The notes beneath the pieces are model-generated. The model made no database searches, had not been told where the DNA came from, and saw only the letters and a list, made by a program, of their open reading frames with translations. A DNA stretch of 64,000 bases from Lama glama. Taxonomy: Eukaryota. Numbering within the stretch: the first letter of the stretch is position 1; each line of letters starts with the position of its first letter. Location of the stretch: positions 41,542,001 through 41,606,000 of the forward strand of contig CM052816.1 of assembly GCA_028534125.1 (NCBI GenBank), read 5' to 3'. This document shows positions 22,213 to 36,395 of the stretch, piece after piece. Both the position numbers and the translations under genes were made by a program.

Positions 22213-24782
22213 TGAAATATACTTTTTACTTTTTATTGAAATTAAAAATATATGATATAAATAAAAAGAGAAATACCCCCACAAAGCTTTTATGGAAAAG
22301 AACAGTCCTGGGTCTTACTCACCTCACCCCAGTATTGTTTGCCTCCCTTTTAAACTCTCTTGCCCATCTTATGATTGTAACCAATACATACCTAAATAAA
22401 ACGTGGGCACTATTACTTCTCAATCTTACAGTTTAAGGCAATAACAATTATAACTTTCCATTATGAAAGATGAGGATTCAGTTCAATTTTACATCCATCT
22501 GCTCCCCATGGAGTTCTCACACCCCGATCTTTCCTGTGTAGATGCAGCTTTAACAGGAACCAAGTTCAGTTTCCATGTTGTGATGACCATATAAGCACTG
22601 TCTCCTCCTGAGCCACATATACGATATGCTGTGATTACTCTGTCTTGCCTGCAAAACATTTTATTTTCCTTGGAATTTTTAATAGTTTCGATGCCATCAG
22701 TTAAATTCCAAACTCTCCTCGAACTGTATAATCTTCTATTAATAAGTTCAGAAATGTTAGGTGCTCTAACAATTTAATCTTGAAGAAATCTCTTCCAAAA
22801 TCTTCAGACCTTTACCCTTTGGGATGCGGTTGCCTCTAGCCTGCTGCATGACCGGACCATGGTCTTGGAATCTCCCTTCACCTCTAGGATCCTGCTGGTT
22901 TCCTTCCTGCCTTGGGTCCCCTGGTTCCCGGATTCCCCTTTGTTCCTTCTGGGTTTATCCCTTTATTTTGGTGAAGCATATTCTCCAATAACATTCAGAG
23001 AAAAGATGAATAGAAATTAAGTTTTTGAGAGTGTATCTCTAAAAATGTCTTTCCCCGCCAAATCTGCAACTTAATTGATACTAGAGAAGGCTCTAAAATT
23101 CTAGGTTGGAAATCGTTGCTTCTTTTTTCTAATCAATGGTTTAGTAGAACATGTTGCTTTCCAATCCTTGTCCATACTTATAATATCTTCTTCTCCTTCC
23201 TCTTTAATCCGCTGTCCCAGGCACTCACAATCTGATCTAGAAGTTCTTTATGATCATATATACTTCCACCTTTGAAAGAGCTTTGGAATAAAAAAACAAA
23301 AAGCTCAAAAGCATCAAAAATAAAGTAACAAGAATTTTTAAAGTCATCACTGTAGGAAAAAAAGCACTGCCCTTTGAATCAACTGTGCAGTCATTTTCCA
23401 TCTCCCATATACTAATTTTTCACTCTCAGGAGCAGGTCTGCTCACCACCCCTAAACATACCCCACTTTTCACACTTCAGTGTCTTTGTGTGTATATTTAC
23501 TGGGCTTTCAAATATGTCTATTAGCAACGTCTTACTTGTCCTTAAATTCCTACTTGATTTCCTGTTTTCTTCATGGTATTTTCACCATTTACTTCTTTAA
23601 GAAAAGACACTTACTCCATTTTGAACATTTTATGCAAACGAACACTGGCTGTGGGCCACTTTACATGCAAAGTTTTGCCACCAAGTTTTAGGCAGATCAA
23701 AAACCAAGAATTCATCACAAGTTTTAAAAGGGGAACAATCCTTAAAACATAAACGATCTTTGTTTCAAACCACGGAGAAGAATGACAGACAGTATGTGCA
23801 GTTTTCATGAAAGCAGCACAGTGAGATTCCACCTCTGGGACATTTCTTATCTTCAACTCTATTTCAGTTGAAGTAGGAAGTCCCATCTGTGTATCGCAGA
23901 GAACGGGGGAAACTGATAGTAATCAGTTTTGCATGTTTGTGTTGTACGCAGCCTTGAAGTTAGAGAGACTGCTTACTGAAAGTAACTTTCACCCCTTTGT
24001 TGGACACTGTGTAGATGAGTTACCACACTGATAACAACAATGGCAACAACAAAAACTAGAAGGCTGGTTGTTTCAACATGTGCAATTGAAGGTGTGGGTT
24101 TCATTTGGCTCTGGAACGTTTCTTCACATTCTGTTTTAGCATCTAGGTGGAGACAAGGTTTGCACAATCATATGTCATTGATTTCACTCTCTGAAGAATG
24201 AAAAATAATTCAAGAGCTTGCAAAGAGTCAAACTCAGCAAGGCAGTGATTTGAACCACAATTTTGTCTTTGTAGGAAAATTTATTTTCAGCATTTTCCCA
24301 TTCAAATTCCTATTTTCTACCTTAAAACTTGAGGGATTTGGGTCTTGATTGTTAGATTCTGGCTGTTCACTAGACTAACAACAACCTGAAAGTGAAAAGT
24401 ACTCTCTTTACTGGCATTTTCAGTATCTTGATGAAGTGTCTTATTTCATCTCTCCTTTCAAACACTTACATGAGCAGCTTTACCTCCAAAAGCCAGTTTA
24501 CTGTGACATGCAGAAGCAGAGTCATTTTCTTATATGTCATGTACTTATTATTTACGTAACGTGAGGAAAGTGGTTACAGTCAGCACCACAACTGAATTAT
24601 ATTAATAATTTTTACCATTTCATTTAGTGCTGAATCATGATTGTCATATTTTTTGCAAAACTGTTTCCTGTAGATAAAGCAGTGTGAATAGGCATTAATA
24701 TATAAAATTATTTTCAATTTACATCTCTTTCTTCCTACATCTCAGCTGCAGTGGTTTTGAGAGACACATTTATAACCTGTAT

Positions 24783-25091
24783 CAGAGGATCGGCAACAAA
24801 CTCTGTAAACGTCCAAAGAGTTAATATTTTGGGCTTGGCAGGACCCACGGTCTCTGCTGCAACTGCTTGGCCTTTGTAGCTTCAGAGGAGCACAAATAAT
24901 ATAGAAATGAATGTGCTTTGGTTTAAAAAAACTATATTTATGAACACTGAAGTTTTAATTTCACATATCAGGAAATTTACTCTTAAAGAACTTTTTTTTA
25001 ATCATTTAAAAACATAAAAGCCATTGTTAGCTGGTGGGCCAACAGGTGGTGAGTCAGACTTGGCCTGGGGGCCATAGTTTGCTAACCCCTA
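24783..25091 (+). mobile_element. hAT-Charlie non-autonomous DNA transposon (MER58B-like)
   Basis: Degenerate TIRs cagaggatcggcaac / gtttgctaacccct; 8-bp TSD acctgtat (24775-24782) / acctatat (25092-25099). Confidence 0.8.
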
Positions 25092-26039
25092 ACCTATATC
25101 ATGGCTCAAAAAGAAACCAGTGAACAAAATGAAAAGTCTGTTCTCACGTAGCCCGGGTTTTCAGTAAAAAGTAAATAAACAGTAAATTATCAAATATGTC
25201 TACCTTATATGTATTGCCTATGTGCCAAAAATCTGAACTATACCTTGACCATCGGTGACTAACAATGAAGTGAACTATCCGCTGGCACACAGAGGAAAAT
25301 GATCAGCCTTCCACTTTGTACGCCATTCATATTATATAACACTTAACAGTGTCATTTAAAAAAGGAATTTTATCATTAGCTCAACTTTCACTTGTTTATT
25401 GGCAGGCAGTTGAGAATAATTGTTGATATTCAAGTTTCACAATACATCTGTTCCATCCCAGTTCAGACACGTTTATCCTTTTAGTACAAATTGTAGCCAA
25501 AGAGATCCCAGCTGAAATCATATGGCTCTTGAAGAAAAGGGTGCATTCATGAGAAGTCATTATGGGGGTGGAGATGTATGTGCTTAAATCTTCATTCATG
25601 TCTTTCATCAATTTTAGAAGATATTCATGCATTATCTCTTTCAAAACCATTTTGGCATTCGCTCTAACATTTCCTCTGGAATGACTGTTTTACATATGAT
25701 GGAACTCATTCTATCGGCCATGCCTCTTAAGCATTTTTTAATTTATCTTTTTACTATAAACTATTTTAAGCATAAAATAGAGAAGTTATTGAAAACAATA
25801 TAACCCACATCAGTAAGTTAATTTTGTCAGACCATAGTATTTTGTCGTATATGCTTAAATTATACATATTATTAGGAAAGAAAATATTATTGATATAATT
25901 GAAATCTACATACCTTCCCCAAGTCTTTCCCTTCATGCTTCTCCCAAGCTAACAATGAATCATATTTTAAAATATTTTTGTACATAAATATGTCCTAAAA
26001 TTTTGTGTCAAAGTTAAACATTTCAGATGTATCCATTTT

Positions 26040-26440
26040 TTTCACCTGTAGTTTGCTTCTTTTAGTATATGGTTTAAGAAATTCTAACTTAATTTGTCAT
26101 AAATAAATAAATCTGTATTTTCTTCTCATATTTAAAAAGGTTTTCTTTTGACATTTATGTCTTTAAATCATCTGAAATGTATTTTTATCTAGAGTGAGGT
26201 AAGGCTACAAGGTAAATTTTTTGCATATGAATAGGCAATAGTTCAAGCACACTTTACTAAATCATTCTTTTAAGGCCAATGATTTGACTGATCAGTTCCA
26301 TCATACATCAAGTTCCTGTTTCTGCTTGGGTCAACTTCTGGCCTCGGTTCTGTTTCACTGATTATTTTTCTCATTGGAGGCAGTTTTACATTGTTTTAAT
26401 TGTTATGGTGTTATATAGTTATCGATACCTAGCAAGACAT
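26040..26440 (-). mobile_element. Old LINE-1 fragment
   Basis: 'tttatgtctttaaatcatctgaaatgtatttt' and 'gttcaagcacactttactaaa' resemble antisense L1 ORF2. Confidence 0.5.
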
Positions 26441-28424
26441 GCTGTTTGGACATGTTTTTCCTCAAAATTATTCTGCTTTCTCTCCAATGAAACATATGCC
26501 ATTGATCTTTTTTGGTTTTAGAGTCTTCACATCAATACAGAGTAGCAGGTGTATGAATATGAATAAATATCAGTCTGTCGTTTGGTCACTTATCTGCCTT
26601 CAGAAAAAGAAATCTAAGCAGTTATGTAATGAGTAACATTATTTTGCATAGTTTTGTAAAACTGTGATTGATTTCACAAGAACAGTCACTAAGCAAGAAA
26701 TCCTCCAGGGCTATATGTCACTGCAGACAAGTGTTTTAACAGATAATGCACTGGGACCAGTGGCAGTGGATCAATTTTCCAATAAATTCCATTTATCTTA
26801 TATTCATCATTGTACTTAATCACACTTTTCTTTATTGGCTGCTTGTGCAAATCAGTGCACGTTTAATTTCCTTTGCTGCAGCTCATGCAGGGCCACATTC
26901 TCTGTTCACCCTGGGGTTCGGCTCCCATTTCTATTTCCACTTTTATTCTTACTTGCAGTATTTACCCTGCCATTTACATCACTCCTTTTAATCTGTAATG
27001 AACTCCTTTTAAGCCATGGATGTACTTTCTTTGCATGATAACAATGAAAAATGCAAATTTAAAAAATTTAAGTGATAATACTTAATTGACTAGAAAACAC
27101 CATGAGCAAAAAGAATATTTCAGTTTAGTTGAATGTCAAGCAAGAATTTCTGATCAAACAATCCAAATAACACATGTACAACTGCTAAAAGCTTAGAAAT
27201 TATTAGAACATAATGAGATTTTTAGCAAAAGTTATGATTAATCTTATATTTCAAATGTATAAAATATATGCAGACAGTTGTACTGTGTTTTAGAGAAGCA
27301 GAACTTAAACAGTCTGAAGACAATGGACCCAGGGAAATCACATATGAAGCAGTTAAGACCCAAGTTCTCCACTCAAAAACTGGCTCAGAAGAACAACTTA
27401 GAATCAGCCAGGCCCTTCTGGGTACCTGGTTTCTCCCATTCCTGAGCCTTTCAGAAATGCTGCTGGCCAATGGACTTGCCTCCCACTGGTGTCTACCTTT
27501 ACTTTTATCTGCATCGGATGTTTCTTCACTCTGGTAGATGAATTATCACCCTCCCCTTCACTTCTAACTTCCACAGGGTTTACGGAATATGGAATTTATT
27601 TTAGTATCATCAAAAACTGACTTTCTGTTTCCTTTCTGCTTTCATTTTTGGGCTGATTTTAAAGTGGATAACAGGTCAAAAGGTTTTTTCTTTTTTTGGG
27701 TGCCATTTTGTTCCTGGTAATGAGGTCAGTCTTCTCTGAGCTGGTAATACCTCTTTCAGACTCTGAATTGTCCATAGCCAAACTCCAGGGTGTAATATCA
27801 ACCCAGGAGGAGAGGAGCACTGTGCTTTGAGAGTAAAGAACTCACTCAAGTTTGCTCAGTTAATCAATCCAGATGCCCCATGATTTTCAGTACTTCAAGA
27901 AACAATTTACAGCTTACTGCACTAAAAATCTCAGAAAGAACTCTTGAGATAATCATGGAAAAGCTGTTCCTCGGTTCTCAGGATTTTTGAAGACTTGGGT
28001 TACTTATTCTTAGGCAGCCAACAGCAGTGTTAACCAGTAAGATGAACGACTGAGGCCATTCACCAGGGCTTGCAGGCACCGTAGCCCACGACACAAAGAG
28101 GCGGGAAACACATCCCTCAGAAAGCCAGGGGAGGGTACCAGGAAGCATGGAATCACTGCAGTGACTTCCCACCCAGTGTCTCTGATCAGATCACAGGGTG
28201 TTTTAAGGGCCTGAAGAACCCCGTGAACACTTTAAAATCACTTGAATGCAAGCATACATCTCTGTCTATCTACATCTCTTGTATATTTGATCTTTCTGGG
28301 AAATAAGGAGTATTTACATAAGTGGAGTAAATATTCCAGTTAAATGTATGAATTGTTTATGGATTGCTGTACATTTTCTTATTTTCCAAAAAGATTTTAT
28401 GTAGATTAAAAGATACATATAATA

Positions 28425-28560
28425 ACTAATCTCTCAGTGTCCATTTTTAATGCCTTATAAATGGATCAAATAGTACCTACTGCATAGCAAAATTATGAGA
28501 AATAAGTGAGTTAATATTTGCAAAGGGCTTACATCAGTGTCTAGCACATGATAGCTTCCA
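28425..28560 (+). mobile_element. MIR SINE relic
   Basis: MIR core 'aatagtacctactgcatag...tgagaaataagtgagttaatatttgcaaagggctta...gtgtctagcacat'. Confidence 0.7.
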
Positions 28561-31500
28561 CACAAGTGTTGTTTTTTTTTTTAAATAGAACAAACCATAG
28601 AGCAAAAAGATCTATATTCAAAATAAGAGAGGAGGATGAGGCAAATGGAAAACAAAAGGTACAGAAACAAAACGCAGTGCACAAAGTTACGCCTGTGACA
28701 CCCCCCCCCCCATTAACAAGGAGTGGAGCACAGCCTTAGCCGTGTGCTTTCTGGTGTCAAGGCAAAACAGGGGAGGCGGTCAGGCACATGATGCACAGAG
28801 CCCATAACTTAACAAGAGACAGCCTTATTCCTTACACTAAGGACAGAGAGAAAGGTGTCCTCAGGTTGTAATATCTATTATTTCCATTGAGTTTCTCACA
28901 GTTAATGAAACAACAGGTGTTTTGGGGCTCTGTTCCACTACCCGCTTCAGTCACATCAAACAGTCCTCGTAAAGCAATCTGGGGCTGCAGCAAGGCTGCA
29001 CAAGGGAGAATACGCTATCTTTATGGCCTGGCTTAGTCCGGGAGTGACTTTGAGATGGTCATTAGGAAAGAGCAGATAGCTTATCTCCCAGGCCTCAGTC
29101 ATCTAGAATTAAAAACAAAAGGCAAGGGATGGACGTTGAGCTTGGCAATGGTAAGCATGTGACGTCTATTTAATTGATGAATGAATGAAACCCTTTATTT
29201 CAGCCAATTTTATTGAAAAACTATGTAATAGGCGATACACATTCTGCCTCTGACCTGGAACTCAAGATATAATTTAACCTTTTCTTGATGACTCAGTTCT
29301 ACTATAATGAACCTCAGTGATGGCCTCAGGGGATGTTGAAATGCATAAGTCTGTTTGTTCCCACACTCTAATTTTGAATAATGTTATCTTTTATACTGAT
29401 GTACATTTTGAAGTTCTCGCTCCTGCATCCAAAGCAGTTGCTGGGTTTATTATGGTTATTGCCAGTGTGCCTGCTTCTCCGAGCCCTTTCTTCCCTCTGT
29501 GTATTGGCTGCTTCTCTTCTAATGGTGAATAAGAAGTTGCTTTATTAGGAGGTCTGAACTGTATCTAAAGTGGAAGTAAATAAACCTTGAGTGATGGCCA
29601 GAGATTCTTCTGTGAGTGAAATGCAAGATTCTGTGTGCCTATTTTGTAAGTTCCCTTTGGTAGCTTGGATGACTTTTCATCTTCCTATTCATTCTTAACT
29701 GTGTTCTGGACAGTCAAGTTGGCCAGATAACTGATCTTGGGACAAATGCAATATTAATCTACACAGGATACAGCATTACGCTGAGTTAGGTGTCAAAGGG
29801 AGAGCTGTCTTGCAAAGCATTTCGTGAGAAAGAGACTGCAGAAGTGTTGCCAGGAAAGGCGTCTTGTTATACATAGTAGATTAGTTAAGCAAGAGCTGCA
29901 GGTGAATGGGGACCAGATAAACCAGACAGTAGCACTGAGTCGTCCAAGTGTAGGAGACAGAGGAGTTGAAGGCCCAGGACTTGAAATCTGAATGTCCTAC
30001 ATACCTGTGTGTATCCATCTGCAACACTGCTTGTCGGCTATTAGAGCAAGAGTTTAGGGATTAATCAATGCCTCTCTTTGTCATTTTGATACTCCATGGG
30101 AGGAGTGAAAAGAACGCTCCTTTCTTCTCTGATATCTGGGCAAGTTGCATCCAGTTTTTACTTAGTGATTTTATTGTCTACCCTAAACATTTTTAGGTAC
30201 CTAGAAATATTTAGGAATGGCACAACAAAATGCATAGACAATATAACACAATATAACCCTAAGGAGTTCATTTTTAGCAGCATGAACAAGGGTAACTTGA
30301 GGTCAGTTTAGTTTTTAAGTGGATCAGTGCACTTCAGTAAACTTGAAAGGTGGAGAAAGAATGTCAAGAGAACAAGGGATGCATAGTTTGTAAAGAAGAA
30401 GCAAATCCTTGAGATTTTTTTTTCCTTGCCCCACATACTACTGATACACTGAGAAAAGAATGCATTAAGAGTATTTTAAATCTTATAAAATTTAGTTCAC
30501 ACTCCCTATCTATTTGGGCATAGTCTTCTTCCCATTTTAATCAGATAATCAATTTGCTAGAAGCTGAGTTTGTTGATACAGTTGTCAACCTGATTAATGA
30601 AATGGAGCATTTGGAACACTGAGTCATTTATTCCTCCAAAAAACAAACCATTTATCTTTGCTCCTGAAATTTCTTCCCACAGTTGGTCCCTGGTCCCTAT
30701 GAAGTTCTTCCCAAAGATCTAAACGGATCTCTTTCCCGTAAAAAATTGGCTTCTTGGTGGGTGATCACTGCACTGTCAGTTGGCTTGTTTAGTTTACTTT
30801 AAGGTCAGGTTAAAATGACATTGTCCCAGGTATCAATAAATTGCTTAAATTGAGGTCAAAATTAGTCCAAGGAAGTAACCTTCTTCACTGAGCCACCTGA
30901 GCCCACTCCCAGGATTCACTGACCTGCATACCCAACACATATTCACAAGAGATTCAAGGTGCCCCTCAGGGAGCCAGCCTCCTGCTCCTTTCTCTGTAAC
31001 CTCATCACACTGGGGATGGGAGCCAGGATAGGACTGAATCTTTGCTCAGGAAGAATGTGATGTGCAGGAAACACTTCTCTCCATTATACCAAAAAGTGAG
31101 GCAGGAGGAAGATCTTGTCAGGAAAAACTGCAACCTTCTAACACCCTCTTCTCTCTTCCTGCCATGCCAGAACCTGAATATTTACCATCTGGGATTTTCT
31201 AAGTCCCCACTTCAGTAAACTGTCTAAAACATGCAGAGACATAGGAGGTTTTAAGCGTTGGGAGAATATTTTGGAGCTTTCCAGACCTACCTAATGACTC
31301 TATTCAAACACGAAGAGTTGATAATCATAAAAAAATTAATTTACGTTATTGTGAAAATTGCTCATATTTCTGTTATACACAGCAATGCAGAAAAATGTTG
31401 AGACTTCTACAATGATCTTATCTCTGTGGATAGGTAAACAAGAGATGCTTGAAACTGTTTCTAAATTAATGCGGGTTAAAAGGCAGCCTACTCAAAATTA

Positions 31501-32099
31501 ATGCCATATTTTGTACAACTTATTCTGGTAGCACATTTGGGGAAAAAAGCTGAAAAACAAAAGCGCTCAGTACTAAGGGACCCATCAGCCACAGCTGAGG
31601 CTAATCACGAAGAAGAGCCGCTGTTCTTCTGCCCTCTGGCATAAGTTGTAAATTCCAGGAAGACACGGTTTCTGGATTATAAGCTTTTTTTACAGCCCAA
31701 AACACTTAGGGTATCATCTAGATGATTCAGTAGATTAAGTTGTTTGAATTGATGAAGAGCTGAAAAGGCTATGATACTCTAAGATAAGCACTAGATTTAT
31801 TATCACTGAAGCCTGTGTTTGGATTTGTTATCCTGCCCTGGATATTAAAAACTCGTTTGTGTGCTATGTGGGGTGTGGGTGTGTGTGGTGTGCATGCTAG
31901 AACTGAACTAGTACCTATCTTACCTTTGGAGAAGAGTTCTTTCCCCAAATGTGGCACTTCCTTCTATCCCTTCGGAACGTGTAGATAGGATAACCTTGAT
32001 TTTCCAGGTAGATGGCGGTTTACTGCATTTAAAAATTTTAATGCTAGGTTAAAATGATTTGAAATGAAACATTGTTCAAAACGACTTTTCTATCTGGGC

Positions 32100-32650
32100 A
32101 TATGGTGTTTGCCAAAGACATCTAATGATAACTCTAACCCCGCATCACCTTCAACAGTGTGATCCTGAGACTGCCTCATCAAGAGTTTATTTCTCTATGT
32201 TCCCAAATTTGGATAAGCACTGTGACTGCTTTGACTTATGAAACACAGTGGAAGGGACGCTAGGCCAGTTCCTGGTGTAGCCCTTAATTGCACTTGATTT
32301 ATCTTAACTGCTTTTGCACTAGGCTCATTCTCCATATGCTCCCTCTTAGAGCTGCCATGCTACGTATGAAAAGCCCAGGTCAAAGTCACAGGGAAAGCCA
32401 CGTGCAGGCATTTTAGTGCCCAGCCCCAGCTGACCTCCCAGTGAACAGTCACCACTGACTGCCAGCCATTTGAGTGCGCCATCTTGAATGCACAGCCCAG
32501 TGGAGCTTTTGGGTCACTGCGTCCCCGATGACCTCCAATCACCGCTGCATGAGAGAGTCCAAGAAAGAACCATCCAGCAGGACCTAGCCAATCTGTACAA
32601 CCATGACAGAAAGTACTTTAATGAAAATGTGGATTGCTATTATAGAAATA
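32100..32650 (+). mobile_element. MaLR LTR (MLT1F/H-like)
   Basis: 'tgtgactgctttgac...agtggaagggacgct..gccagttcc' and 'cagccccagctgacctcccagtgaacag..cactgactgccagccat' are MLT1 motifs. Confidence 0.7.
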
Positions 32651-33399
32651 AATTACACTTTCTATCTGAAAAATGTATTAGGCCACTTAAAAACATTTCA
32701 TTTTAAAGTTAAGCACTGAGGATTGAACCTAATATTCCTTTTTGCTAGACTATAATTTCCTAAGTAAGGAAATATGACTATTCAGACTTGAATCTCTAGC
32801 ATTCAACAGTGTTTTGTACTTAGTAGGTACCCAAAGAATGTTTGTTAAATGAATAATCCTTCCCTTTCATACTATACTTAGTCCAATTTTCCTACTCATT
32901 AAGATTCTTCAATTCCAGTGAGTTATTTTATAAGTTGAATTCATAATCCTATCCCATGGTCACCAAAGAATGTGGTTCTGATGACTTGACAAGTTTTGGC
33001 ACATTTTTGTCAAGTTGTTAGTAATGTTGACACATAAAAGTTTTTATCAATGTTATGCATATACATATGTTTATATAGGTATTTATACATAAAACAGAAT
33101 AAACATTCTTTTTGACCCCACTAATTCAAACAAGGATGATAAAGTTCACTTTTGTAATAATTTAAGTGACAAGATTATATATAGCTGTACTATTTACCTT
33201 CTATGGCAATATTCTCAAATATTCTAGAGGCCTTGTTAGCAAACAATTAAAATGGTATTTGTAGTATTTATTCATAAAAGAAGCTTTGTTTAATAGGCTG
33301 TTTAACCAGACTTGGCTAGTATTATCCTTCAAGGAGGTACCGTAATTTAATGTAAACCATACAGAAACGGTAAAACACTATTGGGCTTGAGAATGGTTT

Positions 33400-33575
33400 C
33401 ATGTGGCAAGAGTGGGCTTTCTTGTCCTAGTCAGCCTGGATGCTAATGTAAGCTCCCCACTCACGGCTCGGTGATCACAGTCTAACCACTCACCCTCCCT
33501 GCTCAGTTTCCTCAAATCTCATAGAGTTTGCAAGGTGCCTGCATTGTGCCTGGGATGTAATAGATGATCAACAGC
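33400..33575 (+). mobile_element. MIR relic
   Basis: 'gagtgggcttt..tagtcagcctgga..taat..agctccccactca' and 'ctcagtttcctca'. Confidence 0.5.
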
Positions 33576-33820
33576 TATTAGATCTCTGTTGGATGCAGGA
33601 TTAATCCTGTTCTAGAATCAACTCCTTCCCTTTCACACAGCCTCCACCTCAATATTTGTAACTGAGGAATGTTGGAAAAAGTAGTTACCATAAGCTTAAA
33701 GTCTTCCTGATGGTAAGAATCACATCTGTCAGCTTACCCTCAACTCCTCCAGTCTTCGCATGTTCTAATTTCAGTCCTAGCTCTACTCTTGAGGCATCGC
33801 TAAGTGGAATCTCAGCTTGT

Positions 33821-33911
33821 CTTCTCTCTCCTTCCTTTCTTCCTTCCTCCCTCCCTCTCTCCCTCCCTCTCTCCCTCCCTTCCCTCTTTCCCTCCTTCCC
33901 TCCTTCCTTCC
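33821..33911. repeat. Polypyrimidine (CCTT/CCCT) simple repeat at an L2 tail
   Basis: About 90 bp of pure C/T. Confidence 0.95.
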
Positions 33912-34150
33912 ACAAACACTCTATTAATACACAGCAAACACGATTGTCTTCTCTGGGAACAAAACAGTCCACAGGAGAAACAATCGCTGCCCTTGTGAAG
34001 TTCACCTCCTGGCAGGGGAGACAGACAATGAACACAAAGACATGAAATGCAGTGTAATGTAAGACAGTAAGGAAACAAATCATGCAAGGTTTGGGGGTAG
34101 AGAAGGAGGGAGTGGGTCACATTTTAGATGGGGTGGTCATCTCAGAGCCT
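33912..34150 (-). mobile_element. LINE-2 3' fragment
   Basis: 'ctgcccttgtgaagttcacctcctggcaggggagacagacaat' resembles an antisense L2 3' end. Confidence 0.6.
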
Positions 34151-34662
34151 CAGTAACGTGGGCCACGCCACCAGTGCCTAGAGCTCTTACAGTGCCAGAG
34201 CTTGCCGGAGGCCCGTGGTGCCGCGCAGCAGATGCCTGCGGCCATCTGGGGTTATGGTTGCTTATCTGGCCTAAGCTGGGCGGGAGAGACCACTCCCTGG
34301 GGAATATAAAGTCCCCAAGAACAGATGGAACGATAACGCTGTGCTTCCACCAAGGGGACCTGTGAAGTAGAGGAAACAGCCTGCAGAGTGAGCGAAAAGA
34401 GAGTGTGTGTGGAGTCAGGGGCAGAGGTGAGACCCTAACCACTTTCCGGACTCTGTTTCCAGCCTTGTGCGCCTGGCGCCGCTCCTGCCCTAGAGTCCGC
34501 ACGATACTCTGTGACCTTACAATCAGCGCCTCCTTTCCCCCTTGTGCTTGAAGTCACTCCAATTAGATTTTGTTGATTGTAGCAAGCTCTTGATCCCTTC
34601 TTACTCCCTGAATGTCTTAGGGGCATATAACACATTTTAATAGCAAATATATAAAAGAGGGA

Positions 34663-35138
34663 TGTGAAGGTTAATTTTACAAGTCAACTTGATTGGGCCA
34701 AGGGAGGCCGATAGCTGGTAAAACGCATTTTGAGGTGTGTCTGTGAGAGTGTATCTGGAAGAGATTAGCCTTTGACTTGGGAGACTGAGCAACGTGACCT
34801 ACCCTCACCCACGTGGGCAGGCATCAGCTAACAGGGGCCCAGCTGGGACAAAGAAGGGGAAGTAGGGCAGGCTCTCTCTCTCTCTTCTTGAGCTGGGACG
34901 TCTGTCTTCTTCTGCCCTGGGATATTGGAGCTCTTGGTTCTCAGGCCTCCAGACTCTGGGACTCAAATCAGTGGTCTCCCAGTTCTCAGGCCTTTGGACC
35001 TTCCTGGTTCTCCAGTTTGCTGATGGTAGGTGGTGGGACTTCTTGGCCTCCATAACCACACAAGCCAACTCCTGTGACGAATCTCTTCAGATGTATGTAT
35101 TCTCTTGTTTCTGTGTCTCTGGAGAAGCCAGACTGTCC
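34663..35138 (+). mobile_element. MLT2-family (ERVL) solo LTR
   Basis: Starts tgtgaaggttaatttt..gtcaacttgattgggccaaggg; contains 'gtgtgtctgtgagagtgt.tctggaagagattagc'; ends 'tctgtgtctctggagaagccagact'. Confidence 0.85.
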
Positions 35139-36149
35139 AAGGGTATGTGATTCCTCCATGTCACTGCTTGTCTTCATAAATACCTCAAGCACAGCCCGCG
35201 TTTTTGTCTCTAGTCTGTGCTTTTATGAGCTGTATACAACTTTTCCCAACCCTCCCTCCTTCACCCCTTACTTCTTTGTCACTTTTTCCATTTTCTCTTT
35301 TCCGTTTCTATTATTTTTGTAGTCTCTTTCAACACCTTTTCTTTTCATTACCCTTTTCCCATGTCGCCTTTTTATTGAGGGTCTGTATGCAATTTCTCAT
35401 AATTCCTCCCCTCTTTTTAACATTTGAAAAATCCCCTAACTTAAGAGAGCAGAAGGACTTGCTCAAAGTCTGCCAGTCACCATTGTGGCCTCTCCTTTTT
35501 CTCATTTTCTCCACAAGCAATTCTAAGAAGATAGGAATGTTGTAACTGGCCCAGTCTGAACCCCTAGAAGAGATCTATGGATAAGAGTTAAGTTTATTTT
35601 GTGAGCACTGGAGAGCATTTCCAAACCTTCCACATGCAATCCAATCTATAAAAACATTTCAGAACATCCTTCCCCAAACTGGGATACTTTCTCCATTGGG
35701 ACTCCTATTCACTGAGGTGTGTCATATAGGACCAGAAATCTCTAGCAATAGTTTCACTAGTAGCAGCTTTTCTTCAGAGTTCCTCCTGTCCCCAGCTGCC
35801 CTCAATCTCTGAACTTCTGTCCAGGGTAAACAGCTGCTCACAAGTCAGGACTACTCTCTTAGGAGTGTCCTTGAAGAGCCTAGGCTGAGATTTCCGGAGC
35901 GCTGTGGTGAGGGTGCAGGAAGGAGGCATCTGGTATGCAAAGCGTTTGCTTTTGGTCTTACCCATTCTTCCAGGAGCTGTGGTGCGAAGTTCATCTCCCT
36001 CATAGATATGTCTAAACTCTGCTATCTGCAGAACATTGACTCAGCCCTAAATTCTGGAATGTCCAGAGGGGCATAAATGCAAATTTAGTTGTAGAGATAG
36101 CTCAAGGGTTTACCAGTTCCTAAAAGTGAACACACGATTCTCCATTTCA

Positions 36150-36395
36150 GGTACATTTTTGAGTGATAGATGTTGAGCACGGATCTGTACGAGGTGCTGT
36201 GCTAAGAACTTTAGATGTGGTAACGTGTTTAACTCTCACAATGAATGTTTGAGGTTCGACGGTCTACAGGGATCTCCATTTCAAAATGGTGATATGCTTG
36301 GCACGTCCAAGGCCACACACCTAGTAAAGTGTGTGGATATCAACTCAGAACTGTGTGACTCTACCATCCATAATCTTGACTGCGATGCTATGCTG
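36150..36395 (-). mobile_element. MIR SINE
   Basis: 'gttgagcac...gtgctgtgctaagaacttta...tttaactctcacaat' and 'tccaaggccacacacctagtaa'. Confidence 0.65.

Noticed and set aside
33685..34120. ORFs of 100-130 aa across the CT-rich tract
   Set aside because: Produced by the simple repeat and L2 relic.
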